Position numbers and translations under genes: made by a program. Shown piece by piece: positions 51,201 through 54,669 of a stretch of DNA of 54,669 nucleotides. Origin of the DNA: Octopus bimaculoides (taxonomy: Eukaryota); contig NC_068985.1 of NCBI RefSeq assembly GCF_001194135.2, forward strand, positions 33,052,468 to 33,107,136, in the 5' to 3' direction. Each line of letters starts with the position of its first letter. Positions within the stretch are counted from its first letter, which is position 1. Below the pieces are notes generated by a model. The model was not told where the DNA came from and searched no databases. It worked only from the letters and a program-made list of their open reading frames with translations.

Positions 51201-51508
51201 TTAAGAAAAAAATGTTCTTTTTACAGTTTTTGCCATGGTGATTGTAGGAGTTCTTTTCTCAATTTCAGTTGAAGTGCAATGAGTCTCTTAACCCTGTTTG
51301 CTTGTTAGATTTCAAAATGTTTTAAGTCCAAATCTTTTAGAATATATATTCTTACAGTCAAGGATCAAGTTTTGATTGGTTATAATTTTGAAGACGCCTT
51401 TTGTTTTTTCTCATGGGTGTTTTTGTCAAAATGTTTAGCTTTCAGGTAGGTTGGCTTCCTGGTGACGTCATTTGTTTGTTGAACATTTTCATTCCTTATT
51501 GACCACAG

Positions 51509-51532
51509 TCGAGGAACAATTTCTGGTCGGTT
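51509..51532 (+). CDS. Candidate 24-nt symmetric microexon (cytoplasmic tail)
   Basis: cattttcattccttattgaccacag|TCGAGGAACAATTTCTGGTCGGTT|gtaagt. Phase 2-2; gives YYKR-C-RGTISGR after the TM exon. Confidence 0.28.
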
Positions 51533-53147
51533 GTAAGTTTCATGACATCATTTCTTTTGATCAAAAAAATTTTCCATTTTGGACAAAATATTTTTGTTTT
51601 GGCAAAGTTCAGAATTCTACTTGATTGACTTCTAGGGGGTACTTCTTAAGGGAACTGTCCAACTGGAATGCTCGATACCATCAGGTAAAAACAGGTTACC
51701 AAGTCCGTTTTGGTATTTGAATAAATCTATTACAAAATTGAAAAACGACTACACATTTTGAGATTCAGGTGCATTTTCAAATCCCAAGTGATTTGATCCA
51801 CAACTGTGAGTTGAAAGTTTGAAACTAAGACAATTGCAGTATTGAAGGCACATCTTCGCTAGTAAAAAGCACACTTATATTGTTAACTTCTCTCAAACAT
51901 CTATTATTTGTTATAGAATGTCAAAATTTTCATCACACGAACTGCAAACTGGTTGCTAACAAGATTACACTGCATCACTGAGATGTGCGTAATTTTATCG
52001 GTAACCAGGTCAATGTTTGTGCATTGAAAATTTTAACATCCTATAATAAATGCTGAAGTGAAGTCAAGTCTTCATGTAATTTTGAATGGCTAAGAATATA
52101 TAATTTGACACGAAAACAAATAATGAAATTTGTTTTCATGTCAAGTTATATATAAAAACAATTTAACATTAAATTGAAAGATTACTCAATACTTTTTAGT
52201 AGAACACATATCTATTAATTTTTAAAAAGAAAAGGTTAACAGTGCCTTTGAAGTTTCAGCTTACTTCATTTGCATATGAAAATTTTTGCTTATGTATGAC
52301 TAGTGGTTAGTGACATAGGAGTAAAAGTTAGATGGACTCAGAGACAGAAGACCTTCTAGAGGAAGGCAAGAAAGTTGAAAGGGCAGACAACCAGTTGTAG
52401 GGTGAATGATCTATTTATAGATGCATGGGACAAGACAGAAGTAGGAAGGTATAAAATAATAATGTAGAGAACATCTAGGAATTTCTACAGAATAACTTGC
52501 TGAGAGCAAGCTCCATAGAGCTGTAAAGGCTAAGAGTTAGCCTTGGCTGAAACAGGACAGTAAAGAGCAATGCTAAGTTGCAAGAATAGAACTTCGGGTA
52601 TATTTAGCTGAGAATAAAAGGTTTGCCAATGTCTTAAGATGTGAAAATCAGTGGTATAAGGTATTCTGAACTGCAAGATAGTTTGTGAGACTAAATCAAG
52701 ACATTGGAGAGAAGTGTGAATGGAATTACCTCATTCATTTTTTTTACTCAATGAAAAGAAACAAACATGGAAGTGCTATTATGAGAGGTTACTAAATGCA
52801 AAGAATGTGTGAGGGAAAACAGATCTATGCTAAGTTGGCCTAACAGAAATCAGGGAAGTTATTTTTGTACATCAGGAATCCCAGCTGAGCTACTTAAAAT
52901 ATGTAGCAGAATGAGATATGACCTATCACAAGTATAGTAAATCAGATTGTACTGGAGGGTGTCATAATATATATATGTATATATATATACATAATATATA
53001 TATATGTATATATATGCATAATATATATATGTAAATATATATATATATATATATGTGTGTGTGTATATATATTATATATATATATATATGTGTGTGTATA
53101 TATATTATATATATGTGTGTATATATGTATATATATATAATATATGT

Positions 53148-53298
53148 GAGTGGTTGGCGTTAGGAAGGGCATCCAGCTGTAGAAACTCTGCCAAATCAGA
53201 CTGGAGCCTGGTGTTGCCATCCGGTTTCACCAGTCCTCAGTCAAATCGTCCAACCCATGCTAGCATGGAAAGCGGACGTTAAACGATGATGATGATGA

Positions 53299-53302
<4 letters not shown>
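53148..53302 (+). mobile_element. Isolated young RTE 3' tail in a (TA)n tract
   Basis: Essentially identical to the reverse complement of the tail at 32268-32425. Confidence 0.9.
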
Positions 53303-53345
<43 letters not shown>

Positions 53346-53556
53346 ATATATATGTATATATATGTAGCAGATGNNNNNNNNNNNNNNNNNNNNNNNNNNN
53401 NNNNNNNNNNNNNNNNNNNNNNNNNNNNNNNNNNNNNNNNNNNNNNNNNNNNNNNNNNNNNNNNNNNNNNNNNNNNNNNNNNNNNNNNNNNNNNNNNNNN
53501 NNNNNNNNNNNNNNNNNNNNNNNNNNNNNNNNNNNNNNNNNNNNNNNNNNNNNNNN

Positions 53557-54643
53557 GAATAAGAATAGCCTGGGCAAAGTTCAGAGAGCTCTTACCTCTG
53601 CTGGTGACAAAGGGTCTCTCTCTCAGAGTAAAAGGCAGACTGTATGACGCATGCGTACGAACAGCCATGCTTCATGGCAGTGAAACATGGGCCGTGACTG
53701 CTGAGGACATGCATAGGCTCGCAAGGAATGAAGCTAGTATGCTCCGATGTATGTGTAATGTCAGTGTGCATACTAGACAGAGTGTAAGTACCTTGAGAGA
53801 AAAGTTGAACCTAAGAAGCATCAGTTGTGGTGTGCAAGAGAGACGATTGCGTTGGTATGGTCATGTGGCGAGAATGGACAAGGATAGCTGTGTGAAAAAG
53901 TGTCACACCCTAGCAGTTGAGAGAACCTGTGGAAGAGGTAGGCCCAGAAAGATCTAGGATGAGGTGGTGAGGCAAGACCTTCGAACGTTGGGCCTCACCA
54001 AGGCGATGACTTCTGACCGAGACCTTTGGAAATATGCTGTGCGTGAGAAGACCCAGCAAGCCAAGTCAGACCTAAATACAAAGCCTCTGCCAGGGGTGTA
54101 GCCAGCCAACTTATGTGTTCCTTTCCTTCATTGGACACTAAACTCCGCTTGCGAAAACCTGTTGAGGCACGTGAAATCAAATTCGAACTAAATTCGACGA
54201 CTGGCACCCATGCCAACGTCGTCTCCTTCATTGGACACGAAACTCTGCTTGCGAAGACCTGTTGGGGCAAGCAAAAGTGAAATCGTGATGGCTCCTGTGC
54301 CCAGCGTCGCCTTTCTGGCACTTGTGTCCGTGGCATGTGTAAGGACTTTCGAGCGAGTTCGTTGCCAGTGCCCCTGGACTGGCTCTTGTGCGGGTGGCAT
54401 GTAAAATACACCATTTTGAGCGTGGCCGTTGCCAGTACCACCTGACTGGCCTTTGTGCCGGTGGCACGTAAAAGCACCCACTACACTCTCGGAGTGGTTG
54501 GCATTAGGAAGGGCATCCAGCTGTAGAAACTCTGCCAAATCAGATTGGAGCCTGGTGTAGCCATCTGGTTTCACCAGTCCTCAGTCAAATCGTCCAACCC
54601 ATGCTAGCATGGAAAGCGGACGTTAAACGATGATGATGATGAT
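53557..54643 (+). mobile_element. Young RTE LINE 3' portion with full 3' UTR and (GAT)n tail
   Basis: Open frame IRIAWAKFRELLPLLVTKGLSLRVKGRLYDACVR...CGRGRPRKI, then a modular 3' UTR. Confidence 0.94.
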
Positions 54644-54669
54644 ATATGTATATATATATATATATATAT

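Overview
Animal genomic DNA: AT-rich, microsatellite-dense, with eight N-gaps. The repeat content (RTE LINEs with (GAT)n tails, several tRNA-derived SINE families, (CA)n/(GA)n/(TA)n tracts) strongly suggests a coleoid cephalopod, probably Octopus; this is inference, not a database match. The window appears to lie inside one large + strand gene for a membrane-anchored C-type lectin. Two exons are clear: the C-terminal CTLD exon at 8202-8360 and a transmembrane exon at 44611-44692. Three candidate microexons fit the reading frame but are unproven. The rest is mostly transposon-derived: RTE LINE copies, mariner and Gypsy remnants, a probable solo LTR, a Helentron-type non-autonomous element and many SINEs. 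Almost all ORFs in the supplied track are noise. Best leads: (1) a ~1.7 kb ORF1-only (HAL1-like) non-LTR element with an unrecognised C-terminal domain, inserted into an RTE tail (33201-35259); (2) a pri-miRNA-sized intronic hairpin (29301-29404); (3) a Penelope-type palindrome with hammerhead-like cores and a 13-bp TSD inside Gypsy pol; (4) frame-compatible microexons joining the lectin domain to the TM segment; (5) a sense solo LTR with promoter motifs just upstream of the TM exon; (6) a perfect 48-bp palindrome. I see no unambiguous new multi-gene system.
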